Notes: a model not told the origin generated them from the sequence alone. DNA of 30,587 nt from an uncultured Enterobacteriaceae bacterium (GCA_964484035.1 CAZAEG010000385.1:1-30587); one strand, 5' to 3'. Positions 7,573 through 19,614 are shown, counted from the stretch's first letter. Made by a program: numbers and translations.

Positions 7573-8993
7573 GTCCTGGCGCGCCGGCCGCGCGCGCGCG
7601 CCACCGCTGCCTTGACGCGCTTCGGGGCGGTGCCGCCGACGTGGTCGCGCGCCGCCACCGAGCCCTCCAGGCTGAGGCAGTCGTAGACGTCGTCGCCGAT
7701 GGCGCCGGAAAAGCGCTTGAGCACCGCGAGCGGCAGCCCGGAGAGGTCGCAGCCCAGGCCTTCCGCCTCGCGCACCGCGCGCGCCACGATGCCGTGCGCG
7801 TCGCGGAACGCGACGCCCTTCCTCACCAGGTAGTCGGCGAGGTCGGTGGCGGTGGCGAAGCCCTCGAGCGCGGCGGCGCGCATCGCGTCGGGCAGCGGCT
7901 CGATGCCCGGCACCATTTCCGCGAACACGGCGAGCGTGTCCTTCAGGGTGTCGACCGCATCGAACAGCGGCTCCTTGTCCTCCTGGTTGTCCTTGTTGTA
8001 GGCGAGGGGCTGACCCTTCATCAGCACGAGCAGAGAAACCAGCGCGCCGATGACGCGCGCGCTCTTGCCGCGCGCGAGCTCGGGCACGTCGGGGTTCTTC
8101 TTCTGCGGCATGATCGAGCTGCCGGTGGTGAAGCGATCGGGCAGGCGCACGAAGCCGAAGCGCGGGCTCATCCACAGCACCAGCTCCTCGGCGAAGCGCG
8201 ACAGGTGCACCATGGCGAGCGCGGCGTGCGCGCAGAACTCGATGGCGAAGTCGCGATCCGACACCGCGTCCATCGAATTGGCGCATACGCCGTCGAACCC
8301 GAGCTCGCGCGCCACGCGCGCGCGGTCGATGGGGAAGGGGGTGCCGGCGAGCGCCGCGGCACCGAGCGGCAGCAGGTTGACGCGCCGCCGGCAGCCGGCG
8401 AAGCGCTGCCGGTCGCGCTCCAGCATCTCGACGTAGGCCATCAGGTGGTGGCCGAAGGTCACGGGCTGCGCCACCTGCAGGTGCGTGAAGCCCGGCATCA
8501 CGAGGGCGGCGTGGCGCTCGGCCTGCGCCAGCAGCGCCTCCTGCAGCCTGGCGAGGAGCGCGTCAACGGCGTCGATCTCGTCGCGCAGCCACAGCCGCAC
8601 GTCGGTCGCCACCTGGTCGTTCCTCGAGCGCGCGGTGTGCAGGCGCTTGCCCGCCTCGCCCACCCGCGCGATCAGGCGCCGCTCGATGTTCGTGTGCACG
8701 TCCTCGGCCTCGAGCGACCACGGGAAGCGTCCGGTCTCGATCTCCTTCGCGATCAGCGCCAGGCCGCGCTCGATCTCGGCGCGGTGGGCGCGCGAGATCA
8801 CGCCGCAGGCGGCGAGCATGCGCGCGTGGGCGAGCGAGGCCGAGATGTCGTGCCGCGCGAGGCGCCGGTCGAAGCCCACCGACGCCGTATAGCGCTGCAC
8901 CAGGTCGCTGACCGGCTCGACGAACCGGTCGGACCACGGTGCCGGCGTGCCGGCCTTACTGCGCGACTTCCGCTTGGTGCGAGGAGGGGCCAT
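7569..8993 (-). CDS. argH: Argininosuccinate lyase
   Basis: [60 protein letters not shown]. Start at ATG 8993. Confidence 0.97.
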   Translation of the reverse strand: MAPPRTKRKSRSKAGTPAPWSDRFVEPVSDLVQRYTASVGFDRRLARHDISASLAHARMLAACGVISRAHRAEIERGLALIAKEIETGRFPWSLEAEDVHTNIERRLIARVGEAGKRLHTARSRNDQVATDVRLWLRDEIDAVDALLARLQEALLAQAERHAALVMPGFTHLQVAQPVTFGHHLMAYVEMLERDRQRFAGCRRRVNLLPLGAAALAGTPFPIDRARVARELGFDGVCANSMDAVSDRDFAIEFCAHAALAMVHLSRFAEELVLWMSPRFGFVRLPDRFTTGSSIMPQKKNPDVPELARGKSARVIGALVSLLVLMKGQPLAYNKDNQEDKEPLFDAVDTLKDTLAVFAEMVPGIEPLPDAMRAAALEGFATATDLADYLVRKGVAFRDAHGIVARAVREAEGLGCDLSGLPLAVLKRFSGAIGDDVYDCLSLEGSVAARDHVGGTAPKRVKAAVARARGRRART

Positions 8994-9030
8994 GGGGCAT
9001 ACTTGGATCGCGGCGCGCCGCGCTATGCCA

Positions 9031-10038
9031 ATGAGTATAAAGCAAAACTTCACAGCCGACGCCCTGCCGGACTTCCGTAACCTGGGCGTCGTGGCGCGCA
9101 TTCTGATCGGCGTCAACGCGCTCGCGTTCGCGGCGGTGCTCGCCGCGGTGCCGGGCTGGGGCGCGGCGCTCGAGCGATTTCTCCTGGTGGCGGCGCGCCT
9201 CGAGCCGGCGCTCGCCGTGACGCTCGTCGTGCTGTACGCGCTCTCGAGCGCGCTGGCGCGGCTCGCGTACTGGCAGGGCGGCGCGGCGGTGGTGGCGCTC
9301 GCCCTCGCGGTGAGCGGCACGCTGCACGTGGCGAGCGCGCCGGCGGGCGATGGCGCCGCGGGCCTCGCGCGCACGCTCGTGCTCGCGACGATCGCCGCGC
9401 TGCTGCTGCTCGCCTACCTGCGCCTGCTCACGCGCGCCTATTCGCCCGCGCTGGCCGAAGCGCGGCTGCAGGCGCTGCAGTCGCGCATCCGGCCGCATTT
9501 CCTGTTCAACAGCCTGAACGCCGTGCTCTCGCTCATCCGCCGCGACCCGCGCCGCGCCGAGCGCGCGCTCGAGGACCTCGCGGACCTGTTCCGCGTGCTG
9601 ATGCAGGACAACCGCAGCTTCGTGGCGCTCGGCGACGAGATCTCGCTGCTCGAGCGCTACGCGAGCCTCGAGCAGCTGCGCCTGGGCGAGCGCCTGAAGG
9701 TGGTGTGGGAGCTGCAAGGCGCGCCGCGCGACGCCCTGCTGCCGCCGATGATCCTGCAGCCGCTGCTCGAGAACGCGATCTACCACGGCGTCGAGCCGGG
9801 CGCGGGGGAAGGGCGCGTGGTGGTGCATATCGAGCGGCGCGGCGCGCGCGTCTTCGCGCGCATCGAGAACCCGTACCTCGAGGAGCATGCGCACCGCGCC
9901 GGCAACCGCATGGCGCTGGCGAACATCCGCGAGCGGCTGCAGCTCTTCTTCGACGTCGAGGCGCGCATCGACATGCGCGTGGAGAACGATCGCTACGTGG
10001 TGGAAATCGCGATGCCGTACCGGCCGGCGAAGGCCTAG
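9031..10038 (+). CDS. algZ: LytS-type sensor histidine kinase, AlgZ/FimS-like
   Basis: TM N-terminus, [16 protein letters not shown]-box, [16 protein letters not shown]-box, degenerate G-boxes (ENP...[13 protein letters not shown]); argH<>algZ-algR-hemC-hemD synteny. Start is uncertain (8992, 9025 or 9031). Confidence 0.85.
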   Translation: MSIKQNFTADALPDFRNLGVVARILIGVNALAFAAVLAAVPGWGAALERFLLVAARLEPALAVTLVVLYALSSALARLAYWQGGAAVVALALAVSGTLHVASAPAGDGAAGLARTLVLATIAALLLLAYLRLLTRAYSPALAEARLQALQSRIRPHFLFNSLNAVLSLIRRDPRRAERALEDLADLFRVLMQDNRSFVALGDEISLLERYASLEQLRLGERLKVVWELQGAPRDALLPPMILQPLLENAIYHGVEPGAGEGRVVVHIERRGARVFARIENPYLEEHAHRAGNRMALANIRERLQLFFDVEARIDMRVENDRYVVEIAMPYRPAKA

Positions 10039-10043
10039 CGGCG

Positions 10044-10796
10044 ATGCTGCGCGTGTTCATCGCCGACGACGAGACGCCCGCGCGCGAGCGCCTGAAGGAG
10101 CTGCTCGCCGACATCGCCGCCGAGTTGCCCACCGAGGTGGTGGGCGAGGCGGCGAGCGGCCTCGACGCCGTGGCGCAGTTGCCGGCGAGCCGCGCCCAGG
10201 TGCTGCTGCTCGACATCGAGATGCCGGGCATGCGCGGCCTGGAGGTGGCGCGCCACCTCGCCGGGCTGGAGCTCGCGCCCGCGGTGGTGTTCGTCACCGC
10301 GCACGAGCGCCATGCGGTGGAGGCCTTCGAGCTGAACGCGCTGGACTACCTGTTGAAGCCGGTGCGCGCCGAGCGCCTCGCCGCGGCGCTGAAGAAGGCG
10401 AGCGCGGGCGGGCCGCCGGCGCGCGAGCAGCTGGCGCGAGCGGCCGCGCAGGCGCGCGAATACCTCTCGGTGACCGAGCGCAACCGCATCCACCTCGTGC
10501 TGGTGCGCGATGTCGTCTACCTGCGCGCGGAGCTGAAGTACGTGACCCTGCGCACGCGCGCGGGCGAGCACCTGATCGAGGAGTCGCTGATGGCGCTCGA
10601 GCGCGAGTTCGCGCAAGCGTTCGTGCGCGTGCACCGCAACTGCCTGGTGGCGAGAAGCGCGGTGCGCGGCTTCGAGCGCGCGGCCGACGGCGGCGACGAG
10701 CCGCACTGGAACGTGGTGCTCGAGGGCGTGCCCGAGCGCCTGCCGGTGAGCCGCCGCCAGTGGGCCGAGGTGCGGCTGCTCGTGAAGGAGGGCTGA
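10044..10796 (+). CDS. algR: LytTR-family response regulator, AlgR-like
   Basis: Receiver motifs IADDE, LLDIEMP, FVTAH, DYLLKP; LytTR motifs AELKYV, FVRVHRNCLV, LPVSRR. Confidence 0.9.
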   Translation: MLRVFIADDETPARERLKELLADIAAELPTEVVGEAASGLDAVAQLPASRAQVLLLDIEMPGMRGLEVARHLAGLELAPAVVFVTAHERHAVEAFELNALDYLLKPVRAERLAAALKKASAGGPPAREQLARAAAQAREYLSVTERNRIHLVLVRDVVYLRAELKYVTLRTRAGEHLIEESLMALEREFAQAFVRVHRNCLVARSAVRGFERAADGGDEPHWNVVLEGVPERLPVSRRQWAEVRLLVKEG

Positions 10797-11720
10797 ATGC
10801 GCGCGCGCCTGACGATCGCCACGCGCCGCAGCCGGCTCGCCTTGTGGCAGGCCGGGCACGTCAAGGCGCGGCTCGAGGCCTGCCACCCCGGCACCGCGGT
10901 CGCGCTGCTCCCCCTGTCGACGCGCGGCGACGAGCTGCTGGAGGCGCGCCTCGACAAGGTCGGCGGCAAGGGCCTGTTCGTGAAGGAGCTGGAGCAGGCC
11001 ATGGCCGACGGCCGCGCCGACCTCGCGGTACACTCCATGAAGGACGTGCCGGCGGCGCTGCCCGCGGGCTTCGTGCTCGCCGCCATCCTCGAGCGCGAGG
11101 ACGCGCGCGACGCGCTGGTCAGCAGCGCGTACGCGGACCTCGCGGCGCTGCCGCCAGGCGCGCGCGTCGGCACCTCGAGCCTGCGCCGCGCGGCGCAGGT
11201 CGCCGCCCGCCATCCGCAGCTGCGGCTGCTTACGCTGCGCGGCAACGTCGAGACGCGCCTCGCGAAGCTCGACCGCGGCGAGTACGACGCCATCCTGCTC
11301 GCGGCCGCGGGGCTGAAGCGCCTCGGGCTCGAGGCGCGCATCCGGTGCTGCCTGCCGGTGGAGGAGAGCCTGCCCGCGCCCGGGCAGGCGGCGCTCGGCA
11401 TCGAATGCCTCGCGGCGCGCGCGGAGATCCGCGCGCTGCTCGAGCCGCTCGCGCACGCGGCCAGCAGCGACTGCGTGCGCGCGGAGCGCGCCGTGAGCCT
11501 CGCCCTCGGCGGCAGCTGCACGATCCCGCTCGGCGCCTACGCCGAGCGCTGCGGCGCGCGCCTGCGGCTGCGCGCCCTGGTGGCGGCGCCCGACGGCACG
11601 CGCCTGGCGCAGGCCGACTGCGAGGGCGCCGCCGACGACCCGGAGGCGCTGGGCGCGCAGGCGGCGCGGGTGCTGCGCGCGCAGGGCGCCGACGAGATCC
11701 TGGCGGCGATCGCCGCGTGA
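10797..11720 (+). CDS. hemC: Hydroxymethylbilane synthase (porphobilinogen deaminase)
   Basis: [48 protein letters not shown]. Confidence 0.97.
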   Translation: MRARLTIATRRSRLALWQAGHVKARLEACHPGTAVALLPLSTRGDELLEARLDKVGGKGLFVKELEQAMADGRADLAVHSMKDVPAALPAGFVLAAILEREDARDALVSSAYADLAALPPGARVGTSSLRRAAQVAARHPQLRLLTLRGNVETRLAKLDRGEYDAILLAAAGLKRLGLEARIRCCLPVEESLPAPGQAALGIECLAARAEIRALLEPLAHAASSDCVRAERAVSLALGGSCTIPLGAYAERCGARLRLRALVAAPDGTRLAQADCEGAADDPEALGAQAARVLRAQGADEILAAIAA

Positions 11721-12460
11721 GCGCGCTCGCGCTGGCGGGCAAACGCATCCTGGTCACGCGCCCGCGCGAGCTCGCGCAGGGCCTCGCCACGCTCATCGCC
11801 CGGGCGGGCGGCGAGCCGGTGCTCTTTCCGGCGCTCGAGATCCGCGATGCCGAGGATGCGGGCGCGGCGCGCGCGGTGCTCGCGCGCCTCGAGGCGTTCG
11901 ACCTGGCGGTGTTCGTCAGCCCGAGCGCGGTGCGCAAGGCGTTCGAGCTGCGCGGCGCGCGCTGGCCGGCGCGCGTGCGCGCCGCGGCGCTCGGCGCCGG
12001 CACGCGCCGCGAGCTCGAGACGCGCGGCGTGGCGGGCATCATCGCGCCCGAGGACGGCGCCGACAGCGAGGCGCTGCTCGCGCTGCCGCAGATGCGCGGG
12101 CTCGAGCGCTCGCGCGTGCTCATCCTGCGTGGCGCCGGCGGGCGCGAGCTCCTCGGCGAGACGCTCGCCGCGCGCGGCGCGCAGGTGAGCGTCGTCGAAT
12201 GCTACCGGCGCGCGCGTCCCGCCCCGGGCGCCGCGCCCGCGGGAGCGCTCGACGCGGCGTGCGCGAACTCGAGCGAATCCCTGGACAACCTCGTGGCGCT
12301 GCTCGGGCTGGCGCGCCTGCGCGATACGCCGCTGTTCGTGCCGCACGAGCGCGTGGCGCGGAAGGCGCGCGAGACGGGATTCACCGCGGTGGAGGTGGCG
12401 GGTCCCGGCGATGCGCAGATGCTCGCGCGCCTGCTTGCATACTTCGGCGGCGCGAAGTAA
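11717..12460 (+). CDS. hemD: Uroporphyrinogen-III synthase
   Basis: GTG start overlapping the hemC stop; [38 protein letters not shown]. Confidence 0.92.
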   Translation: MSALALAGKRILVTRPRELAQGLATLIARAGGEPVLFPALEIRDAEDAGAARAVLARLEAFDLAVFVSPSAVRKAFELRGARWPARVRAAALGAGTRRELETRGVAGIIAPEDGADSEALLALPQMRGLERSRVLILRGAGGRELLGETLAARGAQVSVVECYRRARPAPGAAPAGALDAACANSSESLDNLVALLGLARLRDTPLFVPHERVARKARETGFTAVEVAGPGDAQMLARLLAYFGGAK

Positions 12461-12469
12461 AACCCCTGC

Positions 12470-13525
12470 ATGGACAGCGAGGAGCAGAAAGCGGCGCCGG
12501 AGCAGGCGGGCGCGCCGCAGAAGAAGGCGGCGAACGGCCTCGGCGCGCGCGTGCTCGCGGGCGTGCTGGTCGTCACGGCGCTCGGCGCCTCGGGCTGGGT
12601 GGTCTATGACTCGCGCCAGCGGCTCGACGCCACGCAGGAGGATCTGGCGCGGCGCCTGAAGGGCATCGATGCGGACGCGCGCGAGGCGCGCGCCGCGGCG
12701 CGCGAGGCGCAGGAGTCCGCGCGCGAGATGCAGGCGAAGCTCGGCGCGCTGGATGCGCGCGTCGCCGACGCGCAGAGCCAGCAGCTGGCGCTGGAGTCGC
12801 TGTACCAGGAGCTGTCGCGCAACCGGGACGAGTGGCAGCTCGCCGAGATCGAGCAGGTGCTCGCCATCGCGCAGCAGCAGCTGCAGCTCTCGGGCAACGT
12901 GCGCGCGGCGCTGCTCGCGCTGCAGCTCGCCGAGAGCCGCCTGTCGCGCGCCGACCGCCCGCAGTTCCAGCCGGTGCGGCGGGCGCTGGCGCGCGACATC
13001 GAGCGCCTGAATTCGCTGCCGGCGGCCGACCTCGCCGGCATGGCGCAGCGCCTGGACGCCGTGCTGGCCGAGATCGACGACCTGCCGCTCGCCCACGACG
13101 CCCGCCTGGCGCGCGAGCCGGGGGCGGCGCCGCCGGCGGCGAGCGGCGGTTTCCTCGCGCAATTCGGCGCCGGCCTGTGGCGCGACCTGAAGGGCCTGGT
13201 GGTGGTGCGGCGCGTGGATGCGCCGCAGCCGCCGCTCCTGCCGCCCGAGCAGGCCTACTTCCTGCGGGAGAACCTGCGCCTGCGGCTGCTCAACGCGCGC
13301 CTGGCATTGCTCTCGCGCAACCAGGCGGGCTTCGAGGAGGACGTGCGCGTTGCCCGGCGCTGGCTGCAGCGCCACTACGACGTGCACGCGCAGCCCACGC
13401 GCGAGGCGCTGCAGCGGCTCGAGCAGCTGCAGGGCTCGCCGATCAGCTTCGAGCCGCCTTCCATCACCGACAGCCTCGACGCGGTGCGCAATTTCAAGGC
13501 GCGCCGCGACCGCGCCGCGGGATGA
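12470..13525 (+). CDS. hemX: HemX-family membrane coiled-coil protein
   Basis: Single TM then coiled coil; DEWQLAEIEQVL..AQQQLQL.GNV..AL.ALQ.A, FLRENLRLRLLNARLALL; follows hemCD. Confidence 0.88.
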   Translation: MDSEEQKAAPEQAGAPQKKAANGLGARVLAGVLVVTALGASGWVVYDSRQRLDATQEDLARRLKGIDADAREARAAAREAQESAREMQAKLGALDARVADAQSQQLALESLYQELSRNRDEWQLAEIEQVLAIAQQQLQLSGNVRAALLALQLAESRLSRADRPQFQPVRRALARDIERLNSLPAADLAGMAQRLDAVLAEIDDLPLAHDARLAREPGAAPPAASGGFLAQFGAGLWRDLKGLVVVRRVDAPQPPLLPPEQAYFLRENLRLRLLNARLALLSRNQAGFEEDVRVARRWLQRHYDVHAQPTREALQRLEQLQGSPISFEPPSITDSLDAVRNFKARRDRAAG

Positions 13526-14706
13526 AGGGCCTTTTCTGGCTGCTGGCGGTGTTCGCCGCGGCGGCGGCGCTCGCCGTCTTCGGGCACCTCGACCGCGGCT
13601 ACGTGCAGTTCGCGTACGGCGAGTGGCGCATGGAGATGTCGCTGCTGCTCTACGCGGTGCTCGCGCTGCTCGCGTTCATCGGCGCGTTCATCGCCGTGCG
13701 CATGCTGCAGCATGCCCTCGCCCTGCCGGCGTACGTGAGCGCCTTTCGCGCGCGGCGGCGGCGCGATCGCGCGCAGGCCGCGCTCGCCGCGGCGCTGCAG
13801 GCGTGGCTCGAGGGCCGCTACGCGCGCGCGGAGAAGGAGGCGACGCGCGCCGCCGAGGGCGACGCGTCGCCCGGCCTGGCGGCGATCATCGCCGCGCGCG
13901 CGGCGCACGAGCTGGGCGTGCCGGAGCGCCGCGAGCAATGGATGACGCGCGCGCAGGACGCCGGCCAGCGCACCGCCGGCATGCTGTCGCGCGCCGTGAT
14001 GGCGCTCGGCGAGCGCGACTACGGCACCGCGGCCGATGCGCTGCGCAGCCTGCAGGGCTCGGGGGCGCGGCAGTTCGCGACCCTGCGGCTGCTGCTGCGC
14101 GCCGAGCGCGGGCTGCGCCACTGGGACGAGGTGCTGCGGCTCACCGCGCAGCTCGCCAAGCGCGATGCGATCGCGCCGGGCGTCGCCGAGGAGTACCGCG
14201 TGCAGGCGCACGTCGAGCTGTTGGCGCAGGCGGCGGCCGAGCGCAATGCGTTCGAGGAGCGCTGGCGCAGGATCCCCGCGCGCGAGCAGTCGATCGCGCG
14301 GGTGGCGGGCGCCGCGACGCGCCATGCGCTCGCGCTCGGGCTGACCACGCTGGCGCGCGACGCGATCGAAAAAGCGCTCGCCACGGAGTGGGCGCCGGCG
14401 CTCGCCGCGCTGTACGGCGAGCTGCCCGGCATGGAGCCGCCCGCGCGCGGCGAGGAGGCGCGGCGGCGCATCGAGCGCGCGGAGCAGTGGCTGCTCGCGC
14501 ACGAGTCGGACCCGCAGCTGCTCGCCGCGCTGGGGCGCCTGTGCGCGCACGCCGAGCTCTGGGGCAAGGCGCAGAACTACCTGGAGGCGAGCCTCGCGTT
14601 CGAGGAGTCGCGCGCCACGCACCTGGAGCTCGCGCGCCTGCTCGACCGGCTGGAGCGCGGCGCCGAGGCGCAGCAGCACTACCGCAGGGCGGCGGAGCTG
14701 CCCTAA
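13522..14706 (+). CDS. hemY: HemY-N/TPR-like heme biosynthesis-associated membrane protein (not protoporphyrinogen oxidase)
   Basis: ATGA overlap with hemX; two N-terminal TMs with GYV...GEWR.EMS; helical repeats; LGRLC...LWGKAQ.YLEASL. Confidence 0.85.
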   Translation: MKGLFWLLAVFAAAAALAVFGHLDRGYVQFAYGEWRMEMSLLLYAVLALLAFIGAFIAVRMLQHALALPAYVSAFRARRRRDRAQAALAAALQAWLEGRYARAEKEATRAAEGDASPGLAAIIAARAAHELGVPERREQWMTRAQDAGQRTAGMLSRAVMALGERDYGTAADALRSLQGSGARQFATLRLLLRAERGLRHWDEVLRLTAQLAKRDAIAPGVAEEYRVQAHVELLAQAAAERNAFEERWRRIPAREQSIARVAGAATRHALALGLTTLARDAIEKALATEWAPALAALYGELPGMEPPARGEEARRRIERAEQWLLAHESDPQLLAALGRLCAHAELWGKAQNYLEASLAFEESRATHLELARLLDRLERGAEAQQHYRRAAELP

Positions 14707-15575
14707 ACCCAATCCTTGGGCCTCAGGAAATCCCTGTAGAGCTTGTCCTCCGGAGAGCCCGCCTCCGGCTGCCAGTCGTAGCGCCACGCCACGCGCGGCG
14801 GTAGCGACATCAGGATCGCCTCGGTGCGCCCGCCCGATTGCAGGCCGAAGAGCGTGCCGCGGTCGTACACCAGGTTGAATTCCACGTAGCGCCCGCGGCG
14901 GTAGGCCTGGAAGTCGCGCTCGCGCTCGCCGTAAGGCGTCTCGCGCCGGTGCTCGATGATCGGCGCGTACGCGGCAACAAAGTGGTCGCCGACCGAGCGC
15001 ACGAGCCTGAAGCTGGTGTCGAAATCAGGTTCGTTGAAATCATCGAAGAAGATTCCGCCGATGCCGCGCGGCTCGTTCCGGTGCTTGATGAAAAAGTACT
15101 CGTCGCACCAGCGCTTGAACCCCGGATACCGGTCCTTGCCCACGGCAGCCTTGCACGTGGCATGAAAATGCCGCGCATCCTCCTCGAACCCGTAATACGG
15201 CGTGAGATCCATGCCGCCGCCGAACCACCAGATGTCCCCGGCGGCGAAGCAGCGCACGTTCATGTGCACCGTCGGGCAGTACGGATTCCTCGGGTGCAGC
15301 ACGAGCGACACGCCCACCGCCTCGTAGGCGCGTCCGGCAAGCTGCGGCCGCGACGCGGTCGCGGAAGCGGGCAGGCTCGCGCCGCGCACGCTGGAGAAAT
15401 TGACGCCGCCGCGCTCGAAAAGCGCGCCTTCCTCGAGAACGCACGCCTTGCCGCCGCCGCCTTCGGCGCGTGTCCAGGCATCGGCGCGGAACCTGCCGCC
15501 GTCGAGCGTCTCGAGCGCCGCGACGATCGAGGCCTGCAGGCCGAGGAAAAAGTCGCTGACGGCGGCGAGGTTCAC
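14703..15575 (-). CDS. hemF: Oxygen-dependent coproporphyrinogen III oxidase
   Basis: GTG start; [74 protein letters not shown]. Confidence 0.96.
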   Translation of the reverse strand: MNLAAVSDFFLGLQASIVAALETLDGGRFRADAWTRAEGGGGKACVLEEGALFERGGVNFSSVRGASLPASATASRPQLAGRAYEAVGVSLVLHPRNPYCPTVHMNVRCFAAGDIWWFGGGMDLTPYYGFEEDARHFHATCKAAVGKDRYPGFKRWCDEYFFIKHRNEPRGIGGIFFDDFNEPDFDTSFRLVRSVGDHFVAAYAPIIEHRRETPYGERERDFQAYRRGRYVEFNLVYDRGTLFGLQSGGRTEAILMSLPPRVAWRYDWQPEAGSPEDKLYRDFLRPKDWV

Positions 15576-16813
15576 TTCTGCAGCGCGCGATGGCCGATGT
15601 CTTTGCGGTACTGCATGCCGTCGAAGCGGATGCGCTCGATCGCCGCGTAGGCGCGGCTGCGCGCCGAGCGCAGGTTGTCGCCGAGCGCGGTGACGCAGAG
15701 CACGCGCCCGCCGCTGGTGACGAGGTCCTTGCCTTGAACGCGGGTGCCGGCCTGGAATACGCGGCAATCGGCCGCGGGCGCGGGAATGCCCTCGATGCGA
15801 TCGCCCGCGCGCGGCGCTTCGGGGTAGCCGTGCGCCGCGAGCACCACGCCGAGCGCCGCGCGCCGGTCCCATTCGGCCTCGGCGTCCCGCAGCCGGCCGT
15901 CGAGCGCGCGCTCCACCAGCTCGACGAGATCGGACTTCAGCCGCATGAGGATCGGCTGCGCCTCCGGGTCGCCGAGCCGGCAGTTGAATTCCAGCGTCCG
16001 CGGCGCGCCCGCGGCGTCGATCATCAGCCCCGCATAGAGAAAGCCGGTGTAGGGCGTGCCGTCCTGCGCCATGCCGGCGATCGCCGGCTGGATGATCTCG
16101 CGCATGACGCGAGCGTGCACCTTGGGCGTGACCACGGGCGCGGGCGAGTAGGCGCCCATGCCGCCGGTGTTGGGCCCGGCGTCGCCGTCGCGCAGGCGCT
16201 TGTGGTCCTGGCTGGTGGCGAGCGCGAGCGCATGCGCGCCGTCGGCCATGACGATGAAGCTCGCCTCCTCGCCCGCGAGGCACTCCTCGAGCACCAGCTT
16301 CCCGCCCAGCCTGTCGATCGCTTCGTGCGCCTGCGCCACCGACTGCGCCACCACCACGCCCTTGCCGGCGGCGAGGCCGTCGGCCTTCACCACGATCGGC
16401 GCGCCTGCCTTCGCCACGTAGGCCTTCGCCTGCGCGGCATCCTCGAACGTCGCGTGGCGCGCGGTGGGAATGCCATGGCGCATCATGAATTGCTTGGCGA
16501 AATCCTTGGAGGCCTCGAGCTGCGCGGCGGCGCGCGTCGGACCGAAGATGCGCAGTCCGGCCTGGCGAAACGCGTCCACCACGCCCGCGGCGAGCGGCGC
16601 CTCGGGGCCGACCACCGTGAGCTGGATGCCTTCCAGCTGCGCGAAGGCGACGAGCTCGTCGGCCGCCGCGAGCGGCACGTTCTCGGCGTCCGGCTCCGCC
16701 GCGGTGCCGCCGTTGCCCGGCGCCACGTAGACCTTCTGCACGCGCGGGCACTGCGCCAGCTTCCATGCGAGCGCATGCTCGCGGCCGCCGGCGCCGATGA
16801 CCAGCAGCTTCAT
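15572..16813 (-). CDS. purD: Phosphoribosylamine-glycine ligase
   Basis: [70 protein letters not shown]. Confidence 0.97.
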   Translation of the reverse strand: MKLLVIGAGGREHALAWKLAQCPRVQKVYVAPGNGGTAAEPDAENVPLAAADELVAFAQLEGIQLTVVGPEAPLAAGVVDAFRQAGLRIFGPTRAAAQLEASKDFAKQFMMRHGIPTARHATFEDAAQAKAYVAKAGAPIVVKADGLAAGKGVVVAQSVAQAHEAIDRLGGKLVLEECLAGEEASFIVMADGAHALALATSQDHKRLRDGDAGPNTGGMGAYSPAPVVTPKVHARVMREIIQPAIAGMAQDGTPYTGFLYAGLMIDAAGAPRTLEFNCRLGDPEAQPILMRLKSDLVELVERALDGRLRDAEAEWDRRAALGVVLAAHGYPEAPRAGDRIEGIPAPAADCRVFQAGTRVQGKDLVTSGGRVLCVTALGDNLRSARSRAYAAIERIRFDGMQYRKDIGHRALQK

Positions 16814-18372
16814 CAGTGACGGAAGTGCCTGATGCCGGTGAACACCATGGCGATGCCGCGCTCGTTCGCCGCCGCGATCACCTCGTCGTCGCGCACGCTG
16901 CCGCCGGGCTGGATCACGGCGACGGCGCCCGCCTTGGCGACGGCGTCCAGGCCGTCGCGAAACGGGAAGAACGCGTCCGACGCCGCCACCGAGCCCTTCA
17001 GCGCGAGGCCCGCGGCCTTCGCCTTGATCGCGGCGATGCGCGCGCTGTCCAGCCGGCTCATCTGGCCCGCGCCCACGCCCACCGTCATGCCGCCCCGGGC
17101 GAAGACGATGGCGTTGGACTTCACGAACTTCGCCACGCGCCAGGCGAACAGCAGGTCGGCGAGCTGCGCCTTGCCGGGCTGCTTTCTCGTCGCGACCTTC
17201 AGGTCCTTCGCCTGCAGCTCGTGCGTGTCGCTCGACTGCACGAGCAGGCCGCCGCCGACGCGCTTGAAGTCGCAGGCGTTCGCCTCGTGCGCGAGCGGCA
17301 CCTCCAGCACGCGCAGGTTCGCCTTGCTTGCGAACGCCGCTCGCGCCGCGGCGTCGACGCGCGGCGCGAGGACGACCTCCGCGAATTGCCTGCCGATCGC
17401 GGCCGCGGCGGCCCCGTCGAGCACGCGGTTGAAGGCGAGGATGCCGCCGAACGCGGAGGCCGGATCGGTCCTGAACGCCTTGCGGTAGGCCTCGAGCGGC
17501 CCCTTGGCGATCGCCACGCCGCAGGGATTGGCGTGCTTGACGATGACGCACGCGGGCTCGGTGAAGCTCTTCACGCATTCCCAGGCGGCATCGGCGTCCG
17601 CGACGTTGTTGTAGGAGAGCTCCTTGCCCTGCAGCTGGCGGTAGCCGGCGATGCCGCCCGCGACCGGCTGCGCGTCGCGGTAGAACGCGGCGGCCTGGTG
17701 CGGGTTCTCGCCGTAGCGCATGTCCTGGAGCTTCTCGAACTGCAGGCAGAGCACGCGCGGGAAGGCGCCGCGCGCGCCCGCGGCATCGAGCGAGGAAAGA
17801 TAGCTCGCGATGGCGCCGTCGTAGGCCGCCGTGTGCGCGAAGGCCTTGGTGGCGAGCGCAAAGCGCGTCGCCGCCGACACTTTCCCCGTCGCGCGCAGCT
17901 CATCGAGCACCTGCCGATAGTCCGCGGGATCCACGAGCACGGCCACGTCGGCGTGGTTCTTCGCCGCCGAGCGCAGCATCGCCGGGCCGCCGATGTCGAT
18001 GTTCTCGATCGCGTCCTCCAGCCGGCAGTCGGGATCGGCGACCGTCGCCGCGAAGGGATACAGGTTGACGACGACGAGGTCGATCGGCGCGATGCCGTGC
18101 GCCTCCAGCGCCGCCATGTGCGCCGCGGCGTCGCGCCGCGCGAGGATGCCGCCGTGGATCTTCGGGTGCAGCGTCTTCACGCGCCCGTCGAGCATCTCGG
18201 CAAACCCGGTGTGCGCCGACACCTCGGTCGCCGCCACGCCTTCCTTCTGCAGCAGCCTCGCCGTGCCTCCGGTGGACAGGATCTCGATGCCCAAGGCCGC
18301 CAGCGCGCGCGCGAACTCCGCGATCCCCGACTTGTCCGAGACGCTGACCAGCGCCCGCTTGAGCTTGGTCAC
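16813..18372 (-). CDS. purH: Bifunctional AICAR transformylase / IMP cyclohydrolase
   Basis: [69 protein letters not shown]. Confidence 0.98.
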   Translation of the reverse strand: MTKLKRALVSVSDKSGIAEFARALAALGIEILSTGGTARLLQKEGVAATEVSAHTGFAEMLDGRVKTLHPKIHGGILARRDAAAHMAALEAHGIAPIDLVVVNLYPFAATVADPDCRLEDAIENIDIGGPAMLRSAAKNHADVAVLVDPADYRQVLDELRATGKVSAATRFALATKAFAHTAAYDGAIASYLSSLDAAGARGAFPRVLCLQFEKLQDMRYGENPHQAAAFYRDAQPVAGGIAGYRQLQGKELSYNNVADADAAWECVKSFTEPACVIVKHANPCGVAIAKGPLEAYRKAFRTDPASAFGGILAFNRVLDGAAAAAIGRQFAEVVLAPRVDAAARAAFASKANLRVLEVPLAHEANACDFKRVGGGLLVQSSDTHELQAKDLKVATRKQPGKAQLADLLFAWRVAKFVKSNAIVFARGGMTVGVGAGQMSRLDSARIAAIKAKAAGLALKGSVAASDAFFPFRDGLDAVAKAGAVAVIQPGGSVRDDEVIAAANERGIAMVFTGIRHFRH

Positions 18373-18608
18373 CCTTTGATGCGCAGCTGCTGCATCTTCT
18401 TGCGCAGCGTGTTGCGGTCGATGCCGAGCATGGCGGCGGCGCGCGACTGGTTGCCCTCGGCGCGACCGAGCACCACCTCGATCATCGGCTTCTCGACGTT
18501 CTTCAGCACCATGTCGTAGATGGCGGTCGGCCGTTCGCCGTCCATGTCCTTGAAGTAGCGCTCGAGCGAGCGCCTGACCGCGTCGCCGAGCTCGCTGCCG
18601 CGGCTCAT
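18369..18608 (-). CDS. fis: Fis-family DNA-binding protein, 79 aa
   Basis: [17 protein letters not shown]...[20 protein letters not shown]; dusB-fis-purH synteny. Confidence 0.93.
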   Translation of the reverse strand: MSRGSELGDAVRRSLERYFKDMDGERPTAIYDMVLKNVEKPMIEVVLGRAEGNQSRAAAMLGIDRNTLRKKMQQLRIKG

Positions 18609-19573
18609 GCGGCGAGCCTCGCGAAATAGTCGTTCACCGCCGCGCGCTGCGTCGCCGCCGCTTCCAGACGCACCACGGCCTGGCGGAAGCGCTCGCCCTC
18701 GGGGAGCGCGCGCGCGTACCAGCCCAGGTGCTTGCGCGCCACGCGCAGGCCCTGCGCCTCGCCGTAGAGCGCGTACAGGCCCTCGAGGTGCTCGCGCACC
18801 ACGGCCTCGATCTCTGCGGTCGAAGGCGGCGCGAGCGCCTCGGCCGTGGCGAGGAAGTGCTCGATCTCGCGGAAGATCCAGGGACGGCCAAAGGCCGCGC
18901 GCCCGATCATCAGGCCGTCGGCGCCGGTGCGCCGCAGCACGTCGCGCGCCTCGGCCGGGGTGCCGATGTCGCCGTTGGCGATCACCGGCAGGCGCACGCT
19001 CGCCTTCACCTCGGCGATGGTGTCGTACTCCGCGTGCCCGGCGAAGCCGCAGGCGCGCGTGCGGCCGTGGACGGCGAGCAGCCGCACGCCGCACTCCTGG
19101 GCGATGCGCGCGACGCGCACGGCGTTGCGCCGCCCGGGCGCGGGCCCGGTGCGGATCTTCAGCGTCACCGGCACGTCGACCGCCGCGATCACCGCCTCGA
19201 GGATGCGCGCCACCAGCGCCTCGTTCTCCAGGAGCGCCGAACCGGCGTAGACGTTGCAGACCTTCTTCGCCGGGCAGCCCATGTTGATGTCGATGATCTG
19301 CGCCCCGCGCTCGACGTTGTCGCGCGCGGCCTGCGCCATCTGCGCCGGCTCGGCGCCGGCGATCTGCACCGAAACGGGGCCGGGCTCGCCGGCGTGGTCC
19401 ACGCGCAGGAGCGACTGCCTCGAGCCGCGCAGCTCGGGGCGCGAGCTCACCATCTCGGAGATCGCGAGGCCGGCGCCGTAGCGCCGCGCGAGGATGCGGA
19501 ACGGCCGGTCGGTCACGCCCGCCATCGGGGCAGCGAACAACGCATTGCGCAGGACGTGCGCGCCGAGCTGCAT
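18605..19573 (-). CDS. dusB: tRNA-dihydrouridine synthase B
   Basis: [64 protein letters not shown]. Confidence 0.96.
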   Translation of the reverse strand: MQLGAHVLRNALFAAPMAGVTDRPFRILARRYGAGLAISEMVSSRPELRGSRQSLLRVDHAGEPGPVSVQIAGAEPAQMAQAARDNVERGAQIIDINMGCPAKKVCNVYAGSALLENEALVARILEAVIAAVDVPVTLKIRTGPAPGRRNAVRVARIAQECGVRLLAVHGRTRACGFAGHAEYDTIAEVKASVRLPVIANGDIGTPAEARDVLRRTGADGLMIGRAAFGRPWIFREIEHFLATAEALAPPSTAEIEAVVREHLEGLYALYGEAQGLRVARKHLGWYARALPEGERFRQAVVRLEAAATQRAAVNDYFARLAA

Positions 19574-19608
19574 GGGAGGTTCAGGGTTCCGAGCGCGAAG
19601 GGAACGGC

Positions 19609-19614
19609 ATTCTA
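19609..19614 (-). promoter_or_regulatory. Candidate sigma70 -10 element (TAGAAT) for dusB-fis-purH-purD-hemF
   Basis: TAGAAT in the only AT-rich gap before dusB, followed by a GC-rich discriminator-like GCCGTTCC; the -35 match is poor. Confidence 0.5.
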
